From the NCBI GenBank assembly GCA_951406725.2, contig OX597817.1:124062001-124126000 (forward strand): DNA of 64,000 nt, read 5' to 3'. Under the pieces are notes generated by a model. The model was not told the origin of the DNA, did not search any database, and worked only from the letters and a program-made list of their open reading frames with translations. Source of the stretch: Octopus vulgaris (lineage: Eukaryota). Of the stretch, positions 24,663 to 36,587 are shown in pieces; within the stretch, counting starts at the first letter, position 1; each line of letters begins with the position of its first letter. The position numbers and the translations under genes were made by a program.

Positions 24663-25859
24663 ATATACGTATGTGTGTTGGTGTATGTTTTGATCATTCT
24701 TTGTCTCGCCAACTGAAAACAAATGTTTAACTGCAGGGACCTATTAAAACCAAAACATGTCTGCTACTTTCACCAAATACCTTATAGACTGGAATCAGTA
24801 CCACTATTGCATTTTATATATTTTCTGAAAATTTCACTGAAATAATATCGAAATCATCACTCTTGATTGCTTTTAGATTTTTAAACACTCCTCAAAGTTT
24901 TTGTTTCTTTTTTTATCTACGAATAATACATAGACAGTCTCAACAAAAGTTTTTCAAGTTACTATGTAACACATCACATGAGGTCTTACCACAAAACTAT
25001 AAAACTTCTGCAACAAAAAAAAAGTAAAACATTTACTAATATTGTCTGTCTTCTACATCCTTTTCAAGCTTTGATAGGGACAGTGAGAGAAAGGTGGGGG
25101 GGTTTGTGCTCAATTTTCTGGAAAACATAAAACTACTATAAGTACATTTGATTACTGTGGGCGACATTTTATGAGTTGCTGCAGTAGATAATCTAAAATT
25201 GGATCATTTTTGTGAACATATTAAAATAGACTGATAACAAAAATAATTTAACGATGTTGTTATAGAGTATGCATACAGACAAGAAGTTACAGTTTTAGAA
25301 GTATTATGTGGAGAGTTATGATATTCATGCCTTATCCCTAATGCAGTTTAAAGGTCTTAGACAGAAGAAGGCAACACCTATGACCTTTTTACTGAGCTTC
25401 TGGTAAAGATGGAAGGGTAAAGGAAGAAGCCAAAACAAATAAGTTATTACAAGAAGAATGAAGTGTACATAGATAATGAATTATCCTGAGACCAAAATAA
25501 ACCAAAATATAGTCTAAATGCTTGCAACAACATTATTTTGAAAAAATGCTATTGAAAAGCCAGGTGGTACTGTTAATTACAAAATGGATTGGATCTACTA
25601 AGTATTGGAGTTCCATCTGAATTACAAAATGGAATTAATAGAGTAATTTCAGTACAGATATATTCCTCTGAAAAAAAAACAAAAAAACAAACACTCAATA
25701 TAAAATTAATTTCTCCCTACTCTGTAGCAGATACATATGAAATTTGTTAGAAAATTAAAAATCGTATACAACTTAACTTTTTTAATTCTTCATTCATATT
25801 TTACTGCATTACTCTTTATGTTGTTTTTAAGCAATTGACCAATAAGTTAATTTGATTTC

Positions 25860-26340
25860 ATTATGATCATGGTCAGCATTTTTAGATCAGCTTTTGAATG
25901 CTTGTATAGGTTGCATAAGTCCTCTTCAACACAGTATGCTTCCACTTGTTGCATTCCTTTCTCATATCCTTTCAGAGGTTCAGCATATTGAGATCACCTT
26001 TAACCACTTTTGTTCATGTCTTTCTTGGTCTCTTTGTCTTCTCCAGCTTCCTTCCACTTGCATCGCCTAGCACTTCTTTACATAGATGCCTTCTTAATTG
26101 AGCACTTCATTTGATTCCGCTGATTCTTAATTTGTCTCTCACCTAAGCTGTGCTTCATCACTCATGCACATAGCATTACAAATTCAATGTAGAATGTTTG
26201 TTTCATTTCATTTACTTCCAACCATCACATATTCTCTGTATTCAGTGCTCACATCTCACTACCATATGTCATTTCCTTATATTCTCAAGCATCATATAAT
26301 CTACCATTCACTTGATGAGAAACTCCTTTTCAGCAGAAAA
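25860..26340 (-). mobile_element. Decayed RTE LINE 3' fragment
   Basis: Minus strand gives VKKC*AMQVEG, paralleling VQKCYTLAVEG of the 43837 RTE. Confidence 0.5.
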
Positions 26341-26357
26341 TGAGAAAATCCATTCAA

Positions 26358-26590
26358 GGCAGCAAGCTGGCCAAAACGTTAGCATGCCAGGTGAAATGCT
26401 TAGAGGTATTTTGCCTGCCGTTACGTACTGAGTTCAAATTCCGCCGAGGTCGACTTTGCCTTTCATCCTTTCGGGGTCGATAAATTAAGTACCAGTTACG
26501 TACAGGGGTCGATCTAATCGACTTAATCCCTTTGTCTGTCCTTGTTTGTCCCCTCTGTGCTTAGCTTCTTGTGGGCAATAAAGAAATGAG
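26358..26590 (+). mobile_element. Full-length CORE-type tRNA SINE (OR2-like)
   Basis: GGCAGCAAGCTGGCC head, B box GAGTTCAAATTCC, core GACTTTGCCTTTCATCCTTTCGGGGTCGATAAA, and an AATAAAGAAA tail. Confidence 0.85.
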
Positions 26591-27883
26591 AAAATTCCTT
26601 TTCAGTATAGGTAACAGGCCTCTGAACATTTCTTGCTCTAATTGAATTACCTTTGGTAATAAACGCTATCAATTACTTCTGTTGAGCCTTCCTGCATTCA
26701 TAGTTTAAAAACTTTTCCTTTCTTGACTTATTTCATATTAGATGTTAGTTTTACCTCAACTAGGTATTAAGTTTTTATAATTACCTGTGGCAGGCCTGTT
26801 TGATTAGGGCTGATCTGAGGCTTAACAATAATTGTAGGCCTCTTGTATAGTAGCCTCAAACAGATGTTATCAATAGTGAGGAAGAAAGCTGTAAGGAATA
26901 AACCAAAACACCCAGACTACCTTATGACATCCTTTAGGACAATTCTCTGTGTCAACAATATGGTATACCTGGGTCATTACGTACAGGGATCACATTTGGT
27001 CCTGAGAGTTTCTAATGTGTCATGGTTTGATGTGATCAAATCTCACATAAGTTATGCAATAATAATAGGCACATTACTTGCAATTGTACACTTCCTTCAA
27101 TGTGATCTCCCTTTTGTACATTCTTGTAAGCAGGAAATTGCAGAGACACCCTGTCTGGATATTGAAGTCATCTATAATCATCTTCGAAATCAAAGTTAAG
27201 AATTTCAATCAACGTTGTTTAAATTTTGTTCCAGGTCAAGCATTAATCCTTTTACACAGTGTTTTCCAAACTGTGTGTTGTGACACATTAGTGTATCACC
27301 AGCAAGGAATAGGTGTGTCACAAACGTATGGGAAACCAGTATATAAAATACCCAATATCAATTTGTTTCAGCTTTTTAGAATCTGTTTGTTGGCATAGTG
27401 AACATGTCAATGCATGTACCTTCCGGCTATCATTTCCCACTTAATGTTTGGAGGCCAGATTAAAAACAAAATGGTAAAAAGGCTCAAGTAATCTTCATTA
27501 TAAAATGCCCATTTTCATTGTATTCTATTCAGTGTAAAAGAATTAACATATTGCAAGTGCTATTCTCTTGTCTGAAGTAAATTAAAAATCAATTAAAAAT
27601 TTGGACCCGTTTTAGTGAGTGAAACGCACTGGGACTGCTTTAAATTGGCTTAAGTTAGATAAACTAATAATTATGAAATCACATTAAACTCATTCCACAC
27701 TTGCCCCTTGTTCATCAGTTTCGTAGGCTTAGCCTTAGGAACCGGGTTTACTAATTAAGTGCAACGTGCCATTTCTAATTTTATTGTGCTTAGTGCTGGT
27801 GATATTAATTACATGTTTAGTTATCATAACTTTATAATAAATCAGCTTAGTTTTATTCATGAATTGTAATTAAATTACCCATA

Positions 27884-29570
27884 AAATAGATAAGTTTTTA
27901 ATTAAGAAAAGAAGAGTTGCAAAAGATGACATTTCCAATGAACAAAATTTAACAGCTATAAAGGAAACCACTCAGACAACTATTGAACAACCTATATCAG
28001 TTAGTGAGAAGGGCACAGAAAACTTTTTAAGCCTCATTTATACAACAAAGATTATATAAATCTGTGCCTCACATTTTCTGGAAATGAAAATAAAGATAAT
28101 CCTTTGTGTTTAGTTTGTGGGGATATAATTGCAAACAAAAATATGGTACGAAACAAAGTTTTCATTTCAGCACTAGGCAGAGAAATTTGCAGAAAGTACT
28201 ATAAAGGAATTTTGGGTTATTGTTCGAACAATGTTTGGACTCGAATTTGAGATAGAAGTTAATAAAATTCCTCTGGCTGATAACACAATTGGAAGACGAA
28301 TTCAAGATATATCTAATGACATTAAGCTGCAAATGAAGGGTATTTCTCAAGACAATAACATGTTTGCATTGCAGTTAGACGAATCAACAGATATCAGTGG
28401 GTTAGCACAATTGATGGTATTTATACCTTTCATTTATAATGACAGAATTATTGAGCAATTCTTGTGTTGTCTAGAACTTCCATTGAGAACTAGAGGTGAA
28501 GACAGTTTTCAAGCTTTAAATATTTTTGATGAAGAAAAATAATCTGTTATGGTTAAACTGTGTAGGAATATGTACAGATGATGCACTCTCAATGGTAGAG
28601 TCAGTAAAAGGTTTTACAACTTTTTAGCAAAAAAAAAAAAGAATGTAAATTTAATTATTCATTGTTTTTTGCATCACAAAGCACTTATTGCACAAACTGT
28701 TGGGAATGATTTACAAAGTGTTATAAACGAAGTGGTTCAAATGGTCAATCGCATCAAACGTAGACCTCTTAAATCAAGATTATTTGTTCATATTTGTGAA
28801 GAAATGGGAGCAAGATTCAAGAAATGTCTACTTCACACAGAGGTTTGTTGGCTTTCAAAAGGTTGTGTGCATTGCCTTGTATACAATTTGAGAAAAACGA
28901 TGCTTAAACGTTTTGAAGAAAATCAACTGTATGAATTCCACGATCTAATTCAAGACGAACTTTATTGCACCAAATTGGCATATCTTTCAGACATATTCAA
29001 ACATTGAATAAAATTAATACAGGTATGCAGGGAAAAGCAGAAAATATCTTAATATCGGTTGATAAAATTTGTGCAAAGAGAGTCAAGATAACAATTTAGA
29101 AATGCAAAGAAAACGAAGAAAATTTTGAAATGTTTTCCAAAACTTGTGAGATCAGCACATTAATTGTTGACCATTTAACATTGCTTAGAAAAAAAAACTT
29201 GATTATTATTTTCTAAATATTGAAATCCGAAACTATGATTGGATCAGAAATCCATTTCTTGCAACTGCAACGATTGATTTTCCATTTACCAAAAAAGAAG
29301 AACTAGTTGAAATCAAGAACGATCAGTGTCTGTTATTGATTTATGAAGAGGGGAACTTACAGAACATTTGGATTAATGTTTCAAAGAAGCATCCAAACCT
29401 AGCTAAAAAAGCTTTTCAAGTTCTTTTGCCGTTTTCTACTACATACAAAGTTAAATACAGCAAAATATGGAAGCTTGAAAATGCTTGATGGTGAACTGCA
29501 AGTGTCATTATTTACTATTCCACCTAATATCCAAAATCTCTGTCCTTCCCATCAAGCTCATGTATCTTAC
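27884..29570 (+). pseudogene. Buster-type (ZBED5/ZBED8/SCAND3-like) transposase pseudogene
   Basis: IPLADNTIGRRI, FALQLDESTD, GICTDD, HCFLHHKAL, LLHTEVCWLSKG, KLAYLSDIF, LLPFSTT; many stops and frameshifts. Confidence 0.92.
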
Positions 29571-29638
29571 TGAAATAGTAAGTTATAAAAGTTATTTTTT
29601 TATTAACCCTGGCACATATTTACAGATTATAATCAATA

Positions 29639-30041
29639 GGCGCAGGAGTGGCTGTGTGGTAAGTAGCTTGCTAACCGACCACATGGTTCCGGGTTCAGTC
29701 CCACCGCGTGGCATCTTGGGCAAGTGCCTTCTGCTATAGCCCTGGGCCGACCAATGCCTTGTGAGTGGATTTGGTAGAAAGAAACTGAAAGAAGCCTGTC
29801 GTACATATGTATATATATATATATATATGTATGTGTGTTTGTGTTTGTCCCCCCTAGCATTGCTTGACAACCGATGCTGGTGTGTTTACGTCCCCGTCAC
29901 TTAGCGGTTCGGCAAAAGAGACCGATAGAATAAATACTGGCCTTACAAAGAATAAGTCCCGGGGTCGATTTGCTCGACTAAAGGCGGTGCTCCAGCATGG
30001 CCGCAGTCAAATGACTGAAACAAGTAAAAGAGTAAAAGAGT
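29639..30041 (+). mobile_element. Full-length tRNA-derived SINE (octopus OK-like) nested in the hAT 3' end
   Basis: A box TGGCTGTGTGG, B box GGTTCAGTCCC, central (TA)n, and a (GTAAAAGA)n tail. At least six related copies lie in the window. Confidence 0.92.
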
Positions 30042-32699
30042 AATAAATGATGACTCACATTTCTCTTGAAGATGTATTTTATTTTGCTTACAAATTATAT
30101 ATTTATGAAATATAAATGAAAGGTTTTCTCAATATGTTGTGCTATAAAAATTAATTTATGCATCAGCATCTTATAGCCATGATAGATTATATTCAAATAA
30201 TTAACGTTAGGTCTGCATAAAACTTAATTGGTGTGTTGCTAAATTACGTGTGTTTAAAAAGTATGTCATTAACCAGAAGAGTTTGGAAAACACTGCTTTA
30301 ACAGTTGGAAAGGGTTGCACGAATGCATGTGTCAAGACAAAAACAAAAAGAAATCTTTTTTTCTTAAGGGTAATTTTTAAACTTATTCCTGTTTTAAATA
30401 AGTACAAAGACTGTGAAAATTTACAATCTCATTATCAAAAAGTGACATAAAGTATTCTCTTTGCTTTGTATCTGCAGTGAGTATACATTTTTTTTGAGAT
30501 TCTTGCATTTTTGTTATCAAACGAATGTACAAATGGGGGAAACAATCAGTGCACTCTTCCAATTCAGAGCTAGTTGAAGCACCACCTTTTCTGTGCCATC
30601 TAGAGTATCATCATTGTTATCATCTACCTCATCAAATGATGAAGGAAAATCAGAAAAGGCTTCTTCAACACTATAGCTCTTCCATTTTGCAACTTGACAT
30701 CTCCCATTGATGAGGGCTGCTTTCACTTAGATGCATTTAACAAATGCGTGGAATGGAACTTTCTCAAATCAAGCTAATAACCTAACATTACAATACTGAA
30801 GTTACTCCTCATCATATTTATGTTCTATTGATACTAATTTGCACTTTTTCTAACTTATGGATAAAAAGAAAATTTATGTGGACTATTTAAACATACTCAG
30901 AGATACCGTTGGTAAATAATATGCCTGTGAATACTAGGTTGGTAGTGACAGAATTTGGTCACCATGTGATCATGGTGACCATCACAATAAAATCATATTC
31001 TCTGGACAGTCATCCTCAGCTGTTAAACCAAATCCAGATATTAATGAAGCCTCAGAGATGAACATTTATTGTTTGCAACATCTCTTGGGCTACAAACACC
31101 AACATCATTGTCAAACAATAAGTCAGTCAATAAAAAATTGATTTTGTAGTGTTATTGTGTTTTATTTATTATACTAAATTCAATATTCCTAATACAGCAT
31201 CTTATCAAAGACATACTCATTTAGGTAACTGATTATAATCAATAATTAACAAACTATTGAACTGAAATGCTTGTTGAATATGGGTTGTTACTGATGTAGT
31301 GCATTACATTGCCATTGTTTTTTTATGTTAATATTTTTTTAATATTTGTTGGTAAAAATGAGAATTTCCTTTCAAAACTTCAAAGAATCTGTTGAATGGT
31401 TCCTGATAAAATGCCAACGGATATAGGTTGTGGATCTACAAAAGAGACAAGAGAATGTAGTGTTATAATGATAAATCTTCACGCCAGTTTCAATTATGTA
31501 GCTACGTCTTTTCTGTAGACTTGGGCTAATTCTAGCAACCATCTATTGTGTATTTTAATTGAAATATCATTGCATAGAATTTAATCATGACATTTTAGTT
31601 TTCAGGTCTGAAGTCATTTATAGTTCAAATCAGAATCAATAATTCGTTCTTAGTGTTTTAAAATAAATTTTGTCACAGTTAGTAGAAGTATTAATTTATA
31701 AATAGTTTGTGAAAATACTGGCTTTGTGTAGCAAGATATTTTGCAAACAAGAAAGTACAATGTTAGATCATACTGTTAATTATCTAGAACTCTCCATCTA
31801 ATTAAAGTTAGCTCTCACCGAGATAATTTTAGTGTTGTCTTTGAAGGCCAAGGGATTTTTATATTATATAATTCTTTCTTTATTTATTTGATAATCACGT
31901 TGCTTCAAAAACTATTTTGTATACGTCTCATTTAATTATTCAGTACGGAGATAATCTGCAATCTAATTCTGTATTATGAAGATCTATTTGAGTTGCAACA
32001 GCTGCAAAAATAAATAGATCATTAGAGAAACACAATGTTCTCTATGGCTAAGAAGAAATCTTCATTCAATTCTTCCCTATTATATGAACATTTATTTCCA
32101 TCTGTCATATTATCAGATTGCTGTTTGCTTCAAGTTAGTTATAAACAAGCAGACTTGTGATCAAAATCGTCACAGCTGTGACCATCCCATATTTCCATAG
32201 GTACAATGAACGTAGGGTCACATTATCCAATGTGTTGCTTTTTTAAGATGACAGGGGGAAATTTGAAGGAAATTCATATGCTATTTCTGAATCCACATGG
32301 AAACTCCCTCATTGGTTTATATGATAAGAAGTGACTTTATTAAATGTATATCAAATTTCTCTTTAAGCTCTAAAGTTTTAACAAATGTAACTTACTTCAT
32401 TAACGTCAGATTGAATGAAAAAATTAGCTTTATATGTTGGGGTGAGAAAACAGTTTTCTTTAAACACAGCTTTTGAATGATTGAAAAGGAATTTATATTA
32501 AGAATTTTGATTGACTTAAAGGTAAACCGCTATCAGAACAATGATAACTATAGATACATATTATTATTGTTCCTGTTGTTTTAAATATGAACCGGTCAAG
32601 TACTGCACTTGGGTTGATTACATTGAGTGCAGTCCACACCTAAAATTTGTGGTTACCAGTACATGCTAGAAATGATTAGACAACTCAAGAGGTGTTTTG

Positions 32700-33500
32700 T
32701 TCTCTGGACGTTTTTACATGATTTGAAGGGTTTTTGATGTGCTGAAGCAATTATTTATCATCACATCTAGATTTCATGATACCCAAATCCTCCAATTGTC
32801 ACAATTTTCCTCATTTTTCAGTAAAAGGCAATGTTTACAAGCGAAATTTCCATTCTTTTTATGCATATGGGACAGAAGAGCTAGGGGAAAACACTGGGCG
32901 AACATTATTTCCAGGGTCTTTTAATGTGGTTGGAGAGCTTTTTGTTCAATTGGGAAAAACTATGTTACCTCCATATATCAAACTTAGCATTATGAAGCAG
33001 TCTTTTAAAGCTCTGGATAAAGATGCACACATGCCCTGGTTTAAATGATGGAAAGATAAAATGTGGAGTATTTGATGGGGTCTCAAATCAGAAAATTGAT
33101 GAAAGATGGGAACTTTGTATATTCAATAAACATCATTGAATCAGCAGCAAGGAACTCATTCATAACAGTCGTAAATGACTTTCTAGGCAACAAGAAAGCA
33201 GTCAACTATGCTGAAATAGTCGACAACATGCTAGAAACTTTCAAAAGTTGGGAGAAAATATGAACATAAAGCTGCATTATTGCCACAATTTACCTTGGTA
33301 AATTCCCTGAAAATCTTGGTGACAAAAGGGATGAACAGGAAGTATGCTTCCATCTGGACATAAAATCGATGGAACAAAGGTTTCAAGACAAATGGGACTT
33401 GCATACGATGGTGAACAATTGTGGAACTTGGTTAAGGATCCTTCTGATGTTCAGCACTCAAGAAAATCATTCAAATGCAAATTCATAAGAATCTAAACAT
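32700..33500 (+). pseudogene. DDE transposase fragment, probably CMC/Chapaev3-like
   Basis: LPPYIKLSIMKQSFKAL, DGSQIRKLM, FLGNKKAVNY, NLGDKRDEQEVCFHLDIK match the HIKLGLMKQFVKAL...SDEQGERFHQD family. The superfamily assignment is from memory. Confidence 0.75.
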
Positions 33501-33664
33501 CATCAATGATTTAAGTTGCCAGAGTAGAAATTTTAAGAATTTTACTAATTTTACAGTATAATTTTTAGAAATCATTTTAGTTTTGAAGAAAAACCATTTC
33601 TGTGTATATCTTAAGTTATATCTTGTCCTTCATAAGCTGTTTTATTATATAAAAAAATGATAAA

Positions 33665-33902
33665 CTTCACCCTTTTGAAGCCTAGACAGGTCTCATGGGC
33701 CTGGTTTCCCAGTTTCTGTGGCGTATGTGCTCCCCCCAGGAAGAGAGAGTGAGAGAAAGTTGTGGTGAAAGAATACAACAGGGGTTGCCACCACCCTCTG
33801 CCGGGGGTGCTTTTGCTCAATAAACACACACAACACCCGGGCTGGGAATCGACACTGCGATCCTCCGACCATGCGTCTGCTGCCCTAGCCATTGTGCCTC
33901 CA
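33665..33902 (-). mobile_element. tRNA-derived SINE (third family)
   Basis: Minus-strand head TGGAGGCACAATGGCTAGGGCAG...GTGTCGATTCCCAG (A- and B-box-like). Confidence 0.65.
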
Positions 33903-34299
33903 CATTTTATTATATACATGTATCTTATTATATACATATGTTTATTATATACATTTATTTTTTTTAAAATGCAACGCAATTCTATAGATCCAGTTTCCTA
34001 AAATCTTGACCAGAAAAGAACAGGGATACAAGAAAGGGGAAAGTCCTAATATTAAGTCTGCATTATTTGAGAAGGGAAGGTAGAAGTGGGTGGATTTATG
34101 CTAGGTATTAAAAGGTTAAGGTATGATTAAGTGACAAGCACAAATGTCTTGCTATAGATGAGATACATGGCTGAAGGCAAAAGAAGGCTAGTGTTTTGGG
34201 TGCTAGAGCAAATTCTCAAGGAGAGCATAAAACTGTTTGAATAAAATGATGCAAAGGAATAGATCGAGATGAACAATGGTTCCAACACATCCCCCATGC

Positions 34300-34740
34300 A
34301 TTAAATGACTCCCTAGCCTGGCTGAGAGTGATTTCAGGAGATACAGATCAGCAGGAAGTGTGACACTAAGTGGGTGCTGTATTCACCGGACTTGAACCCC
34401 ACTCCCAATTTTTATCTGTTGGGATATCTCAAGGATCATGTTTTTCCAGAACAACCCTCAAACGACTGGTAAACTGAAGGCAGCAATCACAGCAGAAATC
34501 AGAGAAATACCCAAAGAGGAATGTGTTCCAGTAATTGACAATTTTGCACGATGCATATGTTTGTGCAACATATGCCATTTGGAACATATTTTGAAAAGAA
34601 CATGACTTTTATGCAAAGGGAATAATCGTACACAGACAGAAATTTAAGTCCAGCAAATTTCATTTCAAGAAATTTGCTGGACCTTTGTAGGATTTAAAAA
34701 AAATTTTAGGAGTTCTATTTTTTGGTGGGTTTCACCCTGA
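34300..34740 (+). mobile_element. Tc1/mariner-superfamily 3' fragment
   Basis: SPDLNP...FYLLGYLKDHVF...NPQTTGKLKAAITAEIREIP. Confidence 0.75.
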
Positions 34741-35053
34741 ATTTGCTGGTGGGCTGCTATTTTGGCATGGTGGACTATATACTCTCTCAAAGCACTAAGT
34801 CTTAAAACACTTTAGAGTTGTATCTCAAATATATTCTTTTATTTGTTTCAGTCATTTGACTGTGGACATGCAGGAGTACTGCCATAAAGATTTGTTAGTT
34901 AAAGATATCAACCCCAGGACTTATTCTTTATAAGCCTAATACTGATTCTATTAATCTCTTTTGCCAAACTGCTAAGTTACAGGAATATAAGCACACCAAC
35001 ATTAGTTGTCAAGCAATGGTGGAGAGACAAACACAGACACACATACACATATT

Positions 35054-35097
<44 letters not shown>

Positions 35098-35326
35098 TAA
35101 TTAATCAATATAGGGTGGCAAAAAATTCAGCAGAAATTATTTGCCACCAGCAGCCTAGTGGGAAAAAAGTAAATAGTCAGAGACTATTAATAAATTCAAC
35201 AGCAAAATTAAGGAACGGCCATAATAGGCCGTTCAACCCACTAGAAATAGCAGCCAAGGCTTCAACCGCAAAACAATATTAATTCCGTAAACCAGGAGAA
35301 AATTTAAAAAAACATTTACCCTGTAA

Positions 35327-35431
35327 TACTTTATACAATGCATCGTTTCGTCTATTTTTTAATGGCAAATCAACCTGATTAAATTAAATCAAGCTAATCT
35401 TCCATAGGCCAATAGATTCATCAGTAAAGTA
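35327..35431 (-). ncRNA. Type I hammerhead ribozyme (inverted copy)
   Basis: Reverse complement of 35872-35976. Confidence 0.85.
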
Positions 35432-35871
35432 AGCCAGACAGGACAGATATTTTCACGAGGCAGCACCACTACTGTCTCGGCTATATCTGACCTAAAATTT
35501 TCAAATCATCATTAAATTTTCTCCTGGTTTACGGAATTAATATTGTTTTGCGGTTGAAGCCTTGGCTGCTATTTCTAGTGGGTTGAACGGCCTATTATGG
35601 CCGTTCCTTAATTTTGCTGTTGAATTTATTAATAGTCTCTGACTATTTACTTTTTTCCCACTAGGCCGCTGGTGGCAAATAATTTCTGCTGAATTTTTTG
35701 CCACCCTATATTGATTAATTATGAATTTTCTGTTTAATTCCGAAATGGAATCGGCAGCTTATATTTGCTGCCGATAAATTTGGCGCGAGTACGATGATTT
35801 GAAAATTTTAGGTCAGATATAGCCGAGACAGTAGTGGTGCTGCCTCGGGAAAATATCTGTCCCGTCTGGCT

Positions 35872-35976
35872 TACTTTACTGATGAATCTATTGGCCTATG
35901 GAAGATTAGCTTGATTTAATTTAATCAGGTTGATTTGCCATTAAAAAATAGACGAAACGATGCATTGTATAAAGTA
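35872..35976 (+). ncRNA. Type I hammerhead ribozyme with long stem II
   Basis: Stem I UACUUUA/UAAAGUA; CUGAUGA at 35879-85; stem II UCUAUU/AAUAGA enclosing UGGC/GCCA and a 12-bp hairpin; GAAA at 35954-57; stem III CGA-ugca-UUG; GUA cleavage after 35969. Confidence 0.85.
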
Positions 35977-36102
35977 TTACAGGGTAAATGTTTTTAAAAT
36001 TTTCTCCTGGTTTACGGAATTAATATTGTTTTGCGGTTGAAGCCTTGGCTGCTATTTCTAGTGGGTTGAACGGCCTATTATGGCCGTTCCTTAATTTTGC
36101 TG

Positions 36103-36141
<39 letters not shown>

Positions 36142-36332
36142 ACAGGCTTCTTTGAGTGTCCATCTACCAAGTCCGCTCACAAGGCTTTGGTTGGCCCAAG
36201 GTTATAGTAGAAAAATCTTGCCCAAGGTGCCATGCAGTGGGACTGAACCCAGAACCATGTGGTTGGGAAGCAAGCGTCTTACCACACAGCTACACCTGCA
36301 CCTACGTATTTAATTAAATAAATTTTTTAATT

Positions 36333-36587
36333 TGTAAAGCCAAAGTAATCCAATTGCTGGTTTGTTCTCTTACTTGATATTTCAATATTTCAGGATTAGG
36401 ATCCCTTCTTCAGAATACCTTCAAAGAAATGGGGTTGTAAGCTGATTTCTCTCTTCTGTTGTGTGTGTGTGGATGTAGAACAGAGAAGTCAGTTCACAAT
36501 TCCATTTCTCCAAAGATTCCTTCTAACACCAAAATTTTGAAATACTAAGTGATAGTGCAAATCATCAATTTGCATTATTCTTTATAA
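36333..36587. repeat. Imperfect ~255-bp palindrome (old MITE or RNA hairpin)
   Basis: Inner arms AGAAATGGGGTTGTAAGCTGATTTCTCT / AGAGAAGTCAGTTCACAATTCCATTTCT; the outer arms also pair. Confidence 0.7.

Larger units (their letters stand above)
27257..30295 (+). mobile_element. Full-length decayed hAT/Buster transposon
   Basis: Perfect 16-bp TIRs CAGTGTTTTCCAAACT / AGTTTGGAAAACACTG. The 8-bp TSD is CTTTTACA / CTTTAACA, and the right copy fits the Buster nnnTAnnn pattern. Confidence 0.95.
35093..36102. mobile_element. ORF-less Penelope-pLTR/retrozyme-like insertion: inverted arm 35093-35510 plus tandem 483-bp unit 35514-35996 and partial 35997-36102
   Basis: Near-identical inverted and direct copies, embedded in (TA)n, with a hammerhead in each orientation. 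Confidence 0.85.
34835..36302 (-). mobile_element. SINE (29639 family) split by a 1-kb insertion in its central (TA)n
   Basis: 3' half at 34835-35060, 5' half at 36135-36302. Confidence 0.88.

Noticed and set aside
26358-26450. tRNA genes at SINE heads (also 29639 and 33902)
   Set aside because: A and B boxes run into SINE bodies and no full cloverleaf forms.
30517-30726. Acidic ORF resembling a piggyBac N-terminus
   Set aside because: No TTAA-CCC end or catalytic region found; too weak.
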